This document shows, one piece after another, positions 1 to 13,400 of a stretch of 64,000 bases of DNA. The notes under the pieces were generated by a model. It was not told the origin of the DNA and did not search any database. It saw nothing but the letters and a program-made list of their open reading frames with translations. The DNA is from Lama glama (lineage: Eukaryota), in NCBI GenBank assembly GCA_028534125.1, contig CM052816.1, positions 31,126,001 to 31,190,000 on the forward strand, read 5' to 3'. Numbering within the stretch: the stretch's first letter is position 1; each line of letters starts with the position of its first letter. The translations under genes were made by a program, and so were the position numbers.

Positions 1-130
1 TTTACATTCCCACCAGCAGGATAAGAGAGTCCCAGTTTCTTTCCGTCTTGGCCAGTGTTTGGTATTGTAATCTTTCTAATTTTACCCATGCCACTGGGTG
101 TGTAGAGGTTACATTTGTATTTATTCTTGT
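1..130 (-). mobile_element. L1 fragment
   Basis: TTTACATTCCCACCAGCAG...GAGAGTCCCAGTTTCT, typical of antisense L1 ORF2 end. Confidence 0.6.
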
Positions 131-149
131 TTTACTTTGTGTGTGGCTT

Positions 150-545
150 TTTTGCAGACATTTGCTCTTGCCTCAGTCTAATTTCTGGTTATACGATCCT
201 TCTTTCCTTTCCAGAACTATCCCTCCCCTATTCCCGGTGCCTGTGGTTTGCATGGGGCGGGCACACGACTCAGGCCAGGCCAATCAGAGTTCGTCAGTTC
301 TCCTGGACACGGTGATTGGTGCATGTGACTCAAGTCGAACCAGTCAGAGTCCTGTCTTCAGGTCCGGAAGTTGAGGCTGGGTGAGAAGGGGTTCCTCCCT
401 CGGCCTCTGAGGGTGCTAAGGGTCACACAAGCCTGCGGCTGTGCTTAGCTTGACGTGGAGAAAGCCTGCCGAAGAGGAAGTTCAGCCTGAAGAAAGCAAA
501 GCCTAGAAATGGCGAACCCCAGGTGAGGTTCTCGAAGAGACATGT
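150..545 (+). mobile_element. MaLR MLT1-like LTR remnant
   Basis: GGCCAATCAGAG...GTGATTGG..CATGTGAC..CCAGTCAGAG motifs. Confidence 0.5.
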
Positions 546-1358
546 GACTAAATTATGGTGTCGGTCCTCGGGGAGCTCATTACAGACTCAGAGCACAGAC
601 ATATTCACACAGTGATTACAGCATAAAGTGGTCGGCGCTATGATAAAGCTCTTCACAGGATGATTTGGGAGCATGGAGGAGGAGAGTGTGTAAGTCAGTT
701 AATCAAAACATTCCTAGAATACGTGGTAGGAGCAAGGTCTTGAAGGATGATGAGGAATTTTCCAGGCAAGGACAGGCAGGAGGTGGACACCCGAGATAGG
801 AGGTAGAGAGTTTCTGAAATCTGGAGAATGTGCAATAACACGATAACTTAGGAAATTCTGTAAGTGGCACAGTATAGCTAGAGGAAGAGTGTGCCTGTCT
901 CTCTTACTGTCTGACAGCTGGTTGTGAAGTGGGCACAAGTGAAGCTAGGGAGTAAGGCAAGGGCGGATTATGAAGGGGCTCATGTGCCGAGGAAAAGATT
1001 TTTAAATTTCTTCTAAAAACAATGAGTTATGGAAGCTTTGGGGGCAAGGCAATGACCAACAGCAAAGAGAGGAATGGGATGAAGGGAAGACCAGCCTGGG
1101 CCAGGGACCTGGGGCCATAGTCTCCTGCAGTGATTTAGGTGAGAAAGGGTGAAGTCCAACCCTCCATGAACCAGAATGGCCTCTATTTCAGGAGCAAGAT
1201 AGAATGAAGAAACATTTCCTGCACAGTGATAATAGCACCAGTGGAGCCCAGAATGTAACAATTCAGATGAGCATATTGTTTTTAATTTTAGCAAATTGAA
1301 TTACATAAAAAATGGCTTCTAAATTACCATTATAATTCACAATATCTGTAGTACTTAC

Positions 1359-1434
1359 CTCTGTGATCTGTAAATCTGTGCTTATGGTTCTTCCTATTAC
1401 ATATACTAGAGAAACCAACAACTTTGTTCCATAC
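1359..1434 (-). CDS. LVRN: LVRN exon 19 (76 nt)
   Basis: gtag| [25 protein letters not shown] |gtaagt; no stop, so the gene continues beyond the window edge. Confidence 0.94.
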
Positions 1435-4400
1435 CTACAAAGCAACAAGATGCTAATCAGGGGTGGGAAATGTTTTGCAAGATAAAGCCACACAGCAGAT
1501 AAATGCTGAGTACACAGTCCCTATTATTCCTTCCTCCCAAATCTAAGCAAAATCACTTACGAACTAGATTAGTTTCATCTTTTAATAGAAAAATCTTTTC
1601 TGTAGAAAAGCCTATTAGCGCAAAGAAATATTTGTAGTTACTGATCTGTGTAACACATAGTTCTAAAAGTTTCATTTAAATGTAAAAAGTTCTTAAAACA
1701 GTAACAACTTTTTAAAATCTTTTTACGTGAGATAGTTAGAATAGATGTCACATACCCCAGATTAAGAACATTATAAGAGAATAAGTAAATATTCAAAGTA
1801 TGCCCCTTAAAAAATGCAGTTAATAGACAACCAATTTCAGAAACTCTAAAATACTCTTAAAGCTTATTTGAAATTTTGTATTTGTATATGCTTTTTGGAA
1901 AGAGGATCCATGTCTTCAGAGATTCTCAAAATGTTGGTGCTCCCTGAAGGCTGAGTACTCTGACCTTCTTTAAGCGCCCTCAAATGGGTACGGTAACTGA
2001 AACTTCCCCTTTAGCTTAGTGACCTCGAATATTCAGCGAGAATGTCTGAAAACCAGCCATGAAGTGTTGCTGTGGAAAAACAGCAGATACATACCTGCTC
2101 AAAGCGTTGCTGTAGTTAAAAAAGTAAAGAAAGACTTTTGGATGCATTGAAAAAGAAAGAAAATTAAAATAGGGTTAATATAATGGGCTGAACAAGAAAG
2201 GGTTGAAAAACTACCATTCTGTCCTGGGGATAGTTGATAGTTAATACACACAATTGATTTACTTCAAAAATGTGCACTTGAATTTAAAAATTGTAAGAGT
2301 TATTGTTGGCATAATATGCAGACAAAGGTGAGGGCATGTTTGCTTTTGTCCTTTTTAAGCTCCCAGCTGTAACTCAGGCTGCGTCTGCTTCAGCAAAGTG
2401 GAGGACAAGAGACAGTCTACATCTAATTCAGGCAAGCAAATCTGTTTCTATGGGGAAAGAGGAAATATTTCTTAGTGCTTCATTTTTGTTGGCCAGGTAT
2501 AAAAAGCTTGCGAAATGACTCAAGAAATTTGACAGAATTGGCAAAGAAACTGAGTTCCAAATAAAAAAAAAAAAAGTAGAAAACTACCTACATGGCTAAA
2601 TGTGTGATTTTTCTACCAGATATGGGAGAAAGATTACCCTAGAGGCAGGGCTGGGTTTGAGGTCATCTTGGGGAAACTTATAAATTGTAAAAATGGGGGA
2701 AAACATATAGTTAGAAGCATTGGTGTAGAGATTAAATGAGGTGATGTATGTTGAAGCCCCTATCAGGATGCCTGGCACAGTTCATTCCTTCTTGTTCTCA
2801 AAGGTTTCAAGAGGAGGTGCTTTTGAGACAGATGATGTATTGTTCAGACAGCAATCTCTTTGAAATAGTACTGAACAAAAGGAAAGCAAGGCCTAAATAT
2901 TAATAGGCACATGATAACCAGGTGTTGGTCCGGTTCCAGTTCCAGATGAGAGGGTTGGAGAATTTAGGTTCTCATCTGTCTTTCTCCTGGAACAAGCGAT
3001 CTCCTGGCAGAATGACATTTTGTTTACATCAGCATATACAGTACATAGTAGGACTACAGCTATTAGATGCTGGGCTAGATGCTAGATTTCCTTCTGAAGG
3101 GCTTCTTAAAGCTTTATGATGCTAACATAGCTTGTGAATTTACAAAAGCGGAAGTTAAAATAGACAGTTTCCAAACTGGCTGGGCTACTTGTTCACAGAA
3201 GAGTTATCAGTGTCTTCCATGAATAATGTTCAGCAGAACATACTAGAAAAACACCAATTTCAAAGTTAACTTGCTAGTAATCAGTCACATTTTAGCAAAT
3301 TCAGAATACATCCTTTTCACTTAAATCATACAAAATTTAATTTGTCATAGCATGTGTTTACTTATACTTTTATACCATCTTTATCATTTTATGAAGACTG
3401 GTGACATACAGATATTCATGCCAGATATAACTGTTTAATAAATGACAAGTAAATATTCTGATGTACAAAGAATAAAGTAAGCATTCCTGTGCCATTTTAA
3501 ATGTATAGAACAGTTTAATTATTAATCTGAACTTTTATTTCCTCCTAACAACCTGTATATCTTATCATTGTCTATTCAAAATCACTTGCAAAATTCAGCA
3601 AGACTGGTGACTAGAAATTGAATCCTAAAAATAAAAAAGGATTATTTGTAGAAAGGAAATTTATTTAAGTCTCAAAGACTTCTTTTAGCAGAATGTCCAA
3701 GAGGAGTGAACTGAGATGAACTTACCATTAACAGAAAAGGCATCTATTTTATGAGCATGGCATTTTGTCGATAAAAGATAAAAACATTTAAGCCAAGGTT
3801 AATAGTGAATGCATATATAATTCTAAGAACTTCTTGGGGATAATGAAATATCCATTTAAAGTGTTCTTTTTTTTTTTAAAGGAATTCCTTCTAATTCTTG
3901 TTTAATACACCTAGATCATTTACATAAGTTGCTAGACAATGGACTTTTTAGAGAGCGTTGCAAACATGTTCCTGCTCTCTAAAGGCAGAAAAAAATTCTT
4001 CTGAGGAATAAAAATTAAAGTACACTTAAATTAAGAGCAATCTTTCCCATGGGTTGTTCAAAGCCATTTGGAAGGCTTAATTACTTACATGTGCTGTGTA
4101 TGGTATAAAAAGAGAGGAAAGATGAGCTGAGGGGCTGTTTTACCCCTTAGAACAGTGCAGCCCAGTTAAATTCTCTCAATGATAGAAATGTTCTCGACCT
4201 GAGCTGTCCATGATGGTAGCTACTGGCCACACTGAGCACTTAAAACAAGGCGAGCACAACTGAGGAACCGAATTTTAAATTTTATTTCATTGTAATTCAT
4301 TTAAATTTAAATGGCCGTATGTTAGCCAGTAGCTATCATGTTGAGCAATGCAGCCTTAGGTAATTTTTTAATCCAATGTCAACTGGTTCCATGTTAAACT

Positions 4401-7400
4401 ATACTGGAGTCATCTGGGGGGCCAGTGAAAGGTACAGATTTTGCTCTCCATTCTGGCAGATTTTGATTTTCAAGGGGTAGGTGGGCTTGCGAGTCTTGAG
4501 ATGTATTGGCCACTCCAAGTGACTGCAAAGCTCTGCTATATTAGAAAGTGTCTGAGGTGCACTTAGGCTCACCTGTCTGAGTGTGGATGAGGTCTAGGAC
4601 TGACAGGTGCCATGCCACTGTGAGCCACAACCACAATATGAACAATCCTTAACACATACAAGTGCACACCAAGGGCCAGGTACTACTGAGCACTGAGCCT
4701 GGGACGGCCGTGAAGCTGGGTCTCCCTCAGGGCCAGGCAGTGCATCAGAAGGAGCGGAGGTGCCAGCCTGCGGTGATTACAGGCTGGGTCCTCAGGCAGA
4801 TCATCACACTTTTCTTAAAGAAGTTGTTCTCTCATCATTTTAATTCCAGAATTGCTACTAGATTGTTCAGCAGGATGCTCTGGAAGAAGACAGGCAAGGA
4901 GTGTTGCTAAAGTGAACAACCTCGGGCAAAATGATTCCAGGAGCAAGAAGGCAGGTGGCTTCCAGTCCAGGCCACACCAGGCACATCAGACCGAGAAGGG
5001 GCAGGGGACAGAGCTTTTGATACAAGCTCCAGTGAGAAAGAACAGAAACTAACAGACAGACCTATGAGTCTGGAATCTCTGAAACCTCATGGAACAAGGG
5101 GACCTCCGTAAATAATTCTGATTTCTACCCAACTCCCAAATTCCCACTGTGAAGCTGGACCTGGGGAGGAGGGCACCACCTTGAATGAGTTAATAAGCAA
5201 AAATGGAAGACACCATTTACCCCCAAGGCCTTAGGGATCCCAGGAAATTTAAGGAATTCATAAGACTCTCTGAAGCAAGGAGCCTAGAACGATCATTTAA
5301 AACAAGAGATAAGGACATTTTTTTTGACACTGAGTATTCTATGCATGTTCCACTGATGAGCCAGAAGAATGTTACTATACAGATGAGCTCTTACCTATAT
5401 ATTTAAAAACACATTTTTGTGTGTTATAAAAGTGTTCAATAAATGGCTATACAAGAAAAACATGTTATTATTCTGCTCTATAAGAGAATTATATTCACAT
5501 TCTTAAATATTTATAGTCTAAATATAGTTTCTGTTCCAAAGAGGTGAGCCTATTTACAAAATGTATCTTCCAACTCTATAGGCATGTGGACTTCAACTGC
5601 TGACTACTTCATACCTGCCAATGCTCCAGTACGTGAGTAGTTGTAGGACAGATTATTCTAGGCTTTTAAGAATGGACGTTAAATACTGTTATAGAAAGAG
5701 CAGCTATCAAGGGCATGCTGTCTGATTTTTGTATTTCAATGGATATTTTACCAAACAGGCTGAGAAGTTAGCAGACTTAATCTTAAGAAGTTGAAGAATA
5801 CAGAACCCAGATGTATGAAGGGAATCTGATAAATAAAAGGCACGGGCAACATCCAGGCTTATGTAGTAATGAGCGCTGCTGCTTCTTAAGGACACGGTGA
5901 TGCACTTCACAAAATAAATGTGTGCATGCCGTACACTCACACCAAAAAGCATGACTTGCTCTAGTCTGTGTCTCTGAAGACAAGGTTCTTAGCGAGCGTA
6001 ACGGGGAAACTGAGGTAGATAGGTATCCTGTGCAAATCTCTACTCACACAGAAAACCAAAACCGAGGTAAGTGACCTTATCTTCTCTGACACTGCCAGTT
6101 TGTGGTGAGACTAAATGCACAAAAAATGATCATTTTTCTAGTCAATGCAAACGACGTTAGTGGAACTAGCCAGACTACAGTTGAGCCACTAGCACCAAAC
6201 CAATGACCTAAATGAAAAAGACATCTCACATTTCCTTCTTACCTTTCAATCACGGCTTGCCAATTGTTGATTAAAAAGTCCTTTGCAATGTATCGCCCAA
6301 CTTCAGATGCTGCCACAACTTCGATTATATTTGTTTCATTAAAAGAGAACAGAGATGTAGTGATGGCATACTCCATGTATCTGCAAAAGTGCATTTGGCA
6401 GAAAATAAGCAGGGAAAAATTACTCAGTGGAAAAAGTTAATTTCAATAAATGGAGTTAAAATCCCATATGGTTCTAAGTTAGTGACACACATACACTTTG
6501 CATTTATTCTTATATTAGTTCATTTCTGTTCTTCTCCCTTTGGTTTATCAATTGCATTCCTATACCAGGAACCCTTTCCAGGTAAGTTGATAATAATCAC
6601 CTGTTAAGTATCCATGGGTCCTTACTGCAGCTCATTGCATAAGCAAGTTGAATCCTTTCTTCTTCCTTTGTTTTATTATTGTAGATACTTAACAGAAAAT
6701 CCCATTCTTTATCATTTCCCAAGGCAATGCCATAACACAAAATCACAGTTTTAATCGGATAAGGTATTCTGAAAGGTATAAGATGCAATGATATTTTTCA
6801 TAGCAGTTAAGTCATATGTTTTTCTAGGTTGTCACATACTTAGAAGTATAAGCCTAGAAAAAACAGTGTCTGCAATCTCAGATATAAATATCAAAAGTAG
6901 AATCTAGAAAAGCAATTGTGAAAACTGTTATTCACATTACTCTCTTGAGATCATCAAATTAGTTTAGAAGCTAAAGAGTTTTGAGGGACAAGTAAATTAG
7001 AATAGTACAAACAGTGTATGTTGATAACTTCGTTTAGTTTCATATCTTATCACATTTCTAACAGTCCATCATAGGTGATACATTAATGGTAATATAATAA
7101 CACCAAAATGACGGAGTCTTGGTCTCAGCTCTCAATGAGACTGCAAACTCGGAGAGAAAGATGCTGTGATGCACTTAAATGTACATAATAAGAATAAATA
7201 ATCAGTACACCAGAAGTTGACACAACATTGTAAACTGATGATACTTCAATTTAAAAAAAGTAAAAAAAAAAAAAAGGAATAAATAATCGTAAGTAACAAC
7301 CTAAGTAGACTCAAAATAAGCACTGGTGAATAGGGAATGCATTGGCAATGAGTTCCTGGGTGAGAATTCAATGTATAAATACTAATCTATTGTTATTCAC

Positions 7401-10400
7401 ATACCTACATGAGATAACTGGTTGGCTTTTTTTTTCTTAAGGATATTTGAAAAAAAAATAGTAAAAGAGAGAGATTAACCAAGTGAGAACAGAATGATCA
7501 CTCCCAGAGTAAGAGCATCAAAAAGGTAGAGAAATTGGTGCCGAAACAGGACAAAGAGCAGGACAATTACAGTATTACTCTTACTCATTCTCTGGATGGT
7601 TCATCCAGTTTCTGAAGAGCTCTCTTGACAGCTGAAGACAGTCCTCGAGACCCAACCAACACGCAGTTTCAAAAAGTTTTTCCAGTGATATTCTTGAAGG
7701 AAAAGTAAAAGAAAAACATTTATTTTTCATTACTACTTTTACTTGTTCTACCTCCAAGAATATGTGCTTCATGAAAAGATGGAAGATGAAAAGATGTTTA
7801 AAAACATCCTTCCAACAATATCAGGTTTGTTTAAAAAAAAATAGCCTCTGTGGATGGCAACTGTATTTAAGGTTCAGAGAAATAATTGCTGAGAGGCTCT
7901 CAGGCACCAGCTCTAAGACTGGTATTTTTTGAAAGTAAGAAATGAATTACTGCCATCCTTCATCTCCCTCAAACACACATGGGTGTACACATACTCCACA
8001 TCTGCTATCAATTTATTTTCCCTCCTTTTATGATTTTAATTGCCTTATGGATTCAAAAAACAACGACTTTAGTGTATCTGATCTAATACACTGAACAACA
8101 AAGTTCTTCCCCTACACACGAGAACGAGAGGGAACGGTTTGTTTCTCTTCCTCGACAGTGTGCCTTCCCTCGCTTAAGCTTCTGTTTCTTCCTCTGCTCC
8201 GACTGGCTATTAAAGTCGGGTTCTGGAAAAAGAATGGAGGTTTCTCTTTTGTTTTTGTGGCTGAGCAGATGTACACATTATGATTCCAAACAAAATAATT
8301 TCAAAATACAGTGAAGAACAATGATGAAACCAGATACATGGTCCCTTGAGTTGTGTCTCCTGACACCCTCCAGTTTGGAGTCAGAGGTAAAGAAATTCAA
8401 ATGGGCCAGAAGTTTCCAGCAAATGCAAGAGCCAAATCTCCGTTGCTCCACCCTTCCTCCAGTTTCACCCCAGCTTGCCCTGACCTTCTGACAAGCAGCA
8501 GTATGATGTCCAGGGGTGGAGGCCCTCTAATAGACAGTTCTGAACACTCATTCACACATTCACTCTCTCTCCCCACCCATTCCAAGCTGGCGGCAGCAAG
8601 ATGGAATGCTCTGGAAGCACATTCTAACTCCCCAAGGTTGCTCTGAAAAAACTGGCCCAAGGAGGCTACAAAAAGCACACCACTTCAGCCCAATTTAGGA
8701 GAGCCAAGGCCACGGCTGGGCACAGGTGCCGCCTGGTTGGGCTTTCCGTCCACTCACACAACCTGCCCGTCCACTTCCCACCCCAGCTCGTCCTCACTGC
8801 CTTCCATCCATTTGCACGTCTAACCCTCTGTCTTTCCAGTCACACGCCCCAGCGCTGAAGTCTCTCCCGTCTCAGAAGGGTACTCCTGAGAGACAGTAAT
8901 CACCTTGTGTATATTTTGTATTCCTTGCTTGGTCTAACTGATGACTTGATGCTGACTAGAGCTGCAAATATAATCCCTGTACCAGTCACTGTTCACAAAC
9001 TCCCTCCCTAAATCTGGAAGCCCAGCCCACATTCACAATCCTTTTGTCAGTGGCCCTGCAGCCCCATCTGCCTTTTACCCCTTCCTAGCCCAGCATACTC
9101 CCCTCACCAAACCAATGATGGGAAAATCATTTGCAGTACTTAGTCATGCTCACACACAGTGACAGGTAAGAGTTCACTGTCAACCTCTCGTCATATTTGC
9201 ATGATGTTAGAATTTCTGTCTGACATAAATAATCGAAATTTCCCCTGTTGTCAGTAATATACAGAGGGGACTTTTGTCACCTGTGGCCTTCCCGTGCCCT
9301 TCAATTCATGTGTATAGGCCGGTTTTGCTTGGCACAACCCTTCACCAGTAGTATAACACACTTAAGATTTCAACCAGGAGCGTAAGATTTGAGAGTATAA
9401 AGCTATACATTCTTGTGTGCACTTGCATGTGCTTTGCAGATAAACTAAGGTCCAAACCTATTATTTCACAATAGGACACATGTAGCTCACCAGTCCCAAA
9501 AGCGACTATGCTCTAACTGCACACAAATCTCTCAATCATCAATATTAGGATCTTAGAATCCAGAAACTTATCTGAAAATAGGAATCATTTTATTCAATTA
9601 TCACTGCTCAGAAAAATACTTACAGAGCTAAATAGTCATCCTGCAATGCTGCCACATTTTCACGAATTATAGTTGAATAAATATTCCATATAGAGGTAAG
9701 TCTCTTTAACAGATACTTCTATAAACAATACAGAAAGTATATGGTTAGCTCTGCTCACCACACTCAATTTGCACTGCTTTTCTCTTTGTCTGAAAAGACA
9801 TTAACAGAGAGGTGGTAGATATTTCTTTAGAAATAATCTTTGTTAGTAAATGTAAAACTGTTCTTTTAACCTCTAGAGTCAGTTCCCTCATATGTAAACA
9901 ATATGTAATATAAACTGTAAGCACACTGCCTGGCACGTAGAAGGAGCTCAATAAATGTTAACTGTTCTCATCATTTAATATCACCCAAACGTTTCTAGTT
10001 GTCTTTCAAATAGAGAAATGTAAAAACAGAAACACACCTTCTACCTTGGAACTTCCACACTTAGTGTATTTACCTCCAAGAAAACAAGGAACACTGATTT
10101 ATGCCTTGGACAAATTTAAGCCCTGAGTCTGAAATGAAGTTTCTTCAGCTGAGCCATCAGCTGATAGACAGTAGGATTACAACAGTTATACATTTACCAA
10201 TACACTTCTCAGAATAATAAACTAATGTTATTCATTGAAATTCTTTAAAAACAAACATTAGCTTTTACTTCTTTTCTCAGAACCAGTGATCAGACGTTAT
10301 CAGTGAGTCACCTCGACCCTCCGGACATTCGAGTGCCTCCTTCTGTTGGTTGTCAGGCCCACACTGAAGTAAGTTCCCATCAGCACTTCGGACAGTAGGT

Positions 10401-13400
10401 AAAGGAAAGGCTGGAGCCCTAAGGTGCTTGTGATCTTGGCCTCAAACTGCCCTGGAAACTCACTTGGGATCCTCACCGAACACACTCGTCGTTTCGTTCA
10501 TGGCCACTAACTCCTCAGGGGACTGCTCTCAGACTTTTGCTTTTCCTGTGCCATCTTTCTTATGATCACTGTTTAAGATCTACTAACAGAAATTTCCCCT
10601 TTAGAGATGTTGTTTTCCCCTTTTATAAGGACATGATAGTATCTGGATTTCTTCATTCATTAATTCTAATTTCCCTGTCTCTCTGCCCAGTATCAAAAAA
10701 AGCTTCAAAATGTTTACTTTTTCTGGAATATAACTCTCTGATTTTAAGTGCTGGCCCTGTAAATCAGAGAATTTCAATCATGAATATATAGAGTAGTTAA
10801 AAGTCCTTCTGTCTGACTAACAATCTTTTAGGGGAACAGCTGCTAATAGGCATTATCTTTTTTTTTTAATAAGAAAAAAGGCATGCTACTTCCATCCATT
10901 TCTGGTTTCTTAAGACATATTGACACTTGACCAAGAATTAAGCACCTTTCCAAACTTTCTCATATTTGTCTCCAAGACCAGATCAATGACTAAGATATTT
11001 TCTTCTAAGAAGAATCTTTTCCTAAGAAAATGAATAGATACAGAACGAATGGGGAAAGACCTGTTTCATAGATGCTCTCTAAAATATGGAAAGAGGGAGA
11101 AAAGGATTTTTTTTAAAAAATACCTAACAAAGAATAAAATTACCTTTAATAATGTGTATATATCATGGTTCACATCAGAAATAAGATCCTTGGTCACTAG
11201 GTTCACCAAAACTGCATGCCATACTATGATTTCATCTTCTTCAGCAAGGTACTTGGTTAAATCAAGTGCTGTTTCAATCTCGATATACTTGTTTCTGTTT
11301 GGTTTAAAAAAACACAAACTCAAAAATCCTTCCCTTGCTAGATGATTTGTACACTTTGCATATTTGTTCCATGCTTTGAGGCCTGACTTCAGTAAGGTAT
11401 ATGGAATCAAGAAGCTAGAGGGTAAAGGACCCATGTCATTGATAAGGTGGAACCCAAGCAATGTTGACAGACCCTCTTTTTCAGTTTGATAGGTTCAAGT
11501 GCCCAAATTCTTGGAGACTGTAGAAAATCCAGGCCAAATGTTGGACTGTTGTCAGGCACTAGAATATCTGTGCATTCAGCATGCATTTTTAAGAGAGTAT
11601 AATTTCCATTCAACAAGTATTAATTAAAAGTCATTCTCTTTCTAATGCTCTACCAGCTACCAGTGGGAACACAAACTAGTGAACACGAACAGGACATTAC
11701 TCTTGCTTACTGCTGAGGAACTTACTACTTAGTGAGGAGCTGAGATTCACACATAAGAAGCTGTTAACGAAAGCCTCTAGCAAAGGCAATGAATATAAGA
11801 AAGTAGTGAAGAAGGAAAACATACACGTGTGATGGGAGAGTCAGGGAAGGCCTTCTGGAGGAGGGCCTTAAGCAGGGCAACAAAGGGTGGGTAGGATGGA
11901 ATGGGTGGAGAGATAGAGGAAGGCAGCTTAGGATAAAGAAGATAAAGTGGGAGGGAATCAGTGTGGTGGGCAGACCAAGCTAATGGAGGCAGGGGATTTC
12001 TTTTATGTACAGTTGGAGATGGGGGCTAAGGGGGTAAAGGGAGCCTGAAAACCATGGGGAGACTTGAATATCAGGATGAAGAGTTTACATATAGTGGGAA
12101 GGTGTTTAAACAACTAGGGTAATATCATGAAATTGATGCCTTAAAATTTTGTTGCAACCATGCCGCAGAAGACAGAAGGGAATTCTAAAGGACTGAAGGC
12201 TGGAAGCCAATGCAATAGGCCGGCCGAAGGGTGATGAAAGCTTGGCTTAGTACAGAAGTAGTGAAGGTGGTACGTAAAGTGAGAAACCAAAAGACACTCC
12301 CCAGATCCCCAAAATGAATAGGTAAGACAAGGTGACTTGATGGAAGATGAAGAGAGAGGGAAAAGTCAAGGTTATTGCTGATGTTTCAAGTTTGGGGGAT
12401 GGGAAGAATAGTAGTACCTTTGACAGGGAGAGAGAAATTAACAGCAGGAGCAATTTAGACGCAGAAGTAACAGTGTTTAAGGTACTGGATTTAAATGGAT
12501 TTAAATACAGGATAAACAGAAGATGGGAGGAGACAAGGAGAGATGTAGATTTAGAAGTCACCAACATATCCTTCCACAGACATTTACTGAGCACCTTGTA
12601 TCTGCTGGGTGCCGTACATACACATAATAAATGATCCCTGAAACCATCAGTGCGTGAATTATCCAAAGGAAGGATAGATGAAAATAACATGACCATAATT
12701 GGTCTCAAGGATGCTCATAGCAGCAGGAAGAAAAGTTATACTTGAGGAGAACCAGGTTTGCATATTAGAGTCTCAGGAAACCAAAAAACAAGTTTGCAGG
12801 AGGATGTGGTTAACAGTATCAAAGTCATTGTAATCTTAGAGAAATGTTTCAGCAAAGCAGTCGGCAGGGGAATGTGCTGTACGTCACGGAGGAAAAGCGT
12901 AATAACAAAATGAAGGATGAAATGAACAGACAGTCATTCAGGAAACATGACAGGCCAAAGAAAGAGAGAACACACTGGATAATTAATTATGTGTACTCCT
13001 TAATTTCATTGTCTGAAAATTTAAAATCTCCCTAGTTAAAAATTTAGCAGCACAGTTTATACTGAGTAAATCCAATGGAAGTGAAATCAATGATTTTAGT
13101 ATATTATATTATTTAGTACATTATACTAAAATTCAGACTCATTAAAGTTATACCTGCAGCCATCACCCTTGGGTAAAAAAATCACTTCAAAATCTTAATT
13201 GATAGTCTATTTATTTCCAGAAAATCTTTTTTTTTTTGGTTATGTCAGTTACTTTATTTCCTTAACTTCCAATATCTTAGAAAATATGAAGATGTTTTCT
13301 ACAATCTTCCTAAATTTATCCATTTTAATGTTTAACAGTCTTTACAAAAGCAAGTCTGAATCACTTGGATTTTATCTGAGTTTTCATTCTTGATTGAGAT

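Noticed and set aside
1..1358. Final LVRN exon
   Set aside because: No C-terminal exon found here; the region is L1, MLT and L2 remnants, so the exon presumably lies outside the window.
4660..5060. GC-richer patch in intron 18 resembling a processed pseudogene
   Set aside because: No recognisable protein in the frames inspected, and no poly(A) tail or TSD.
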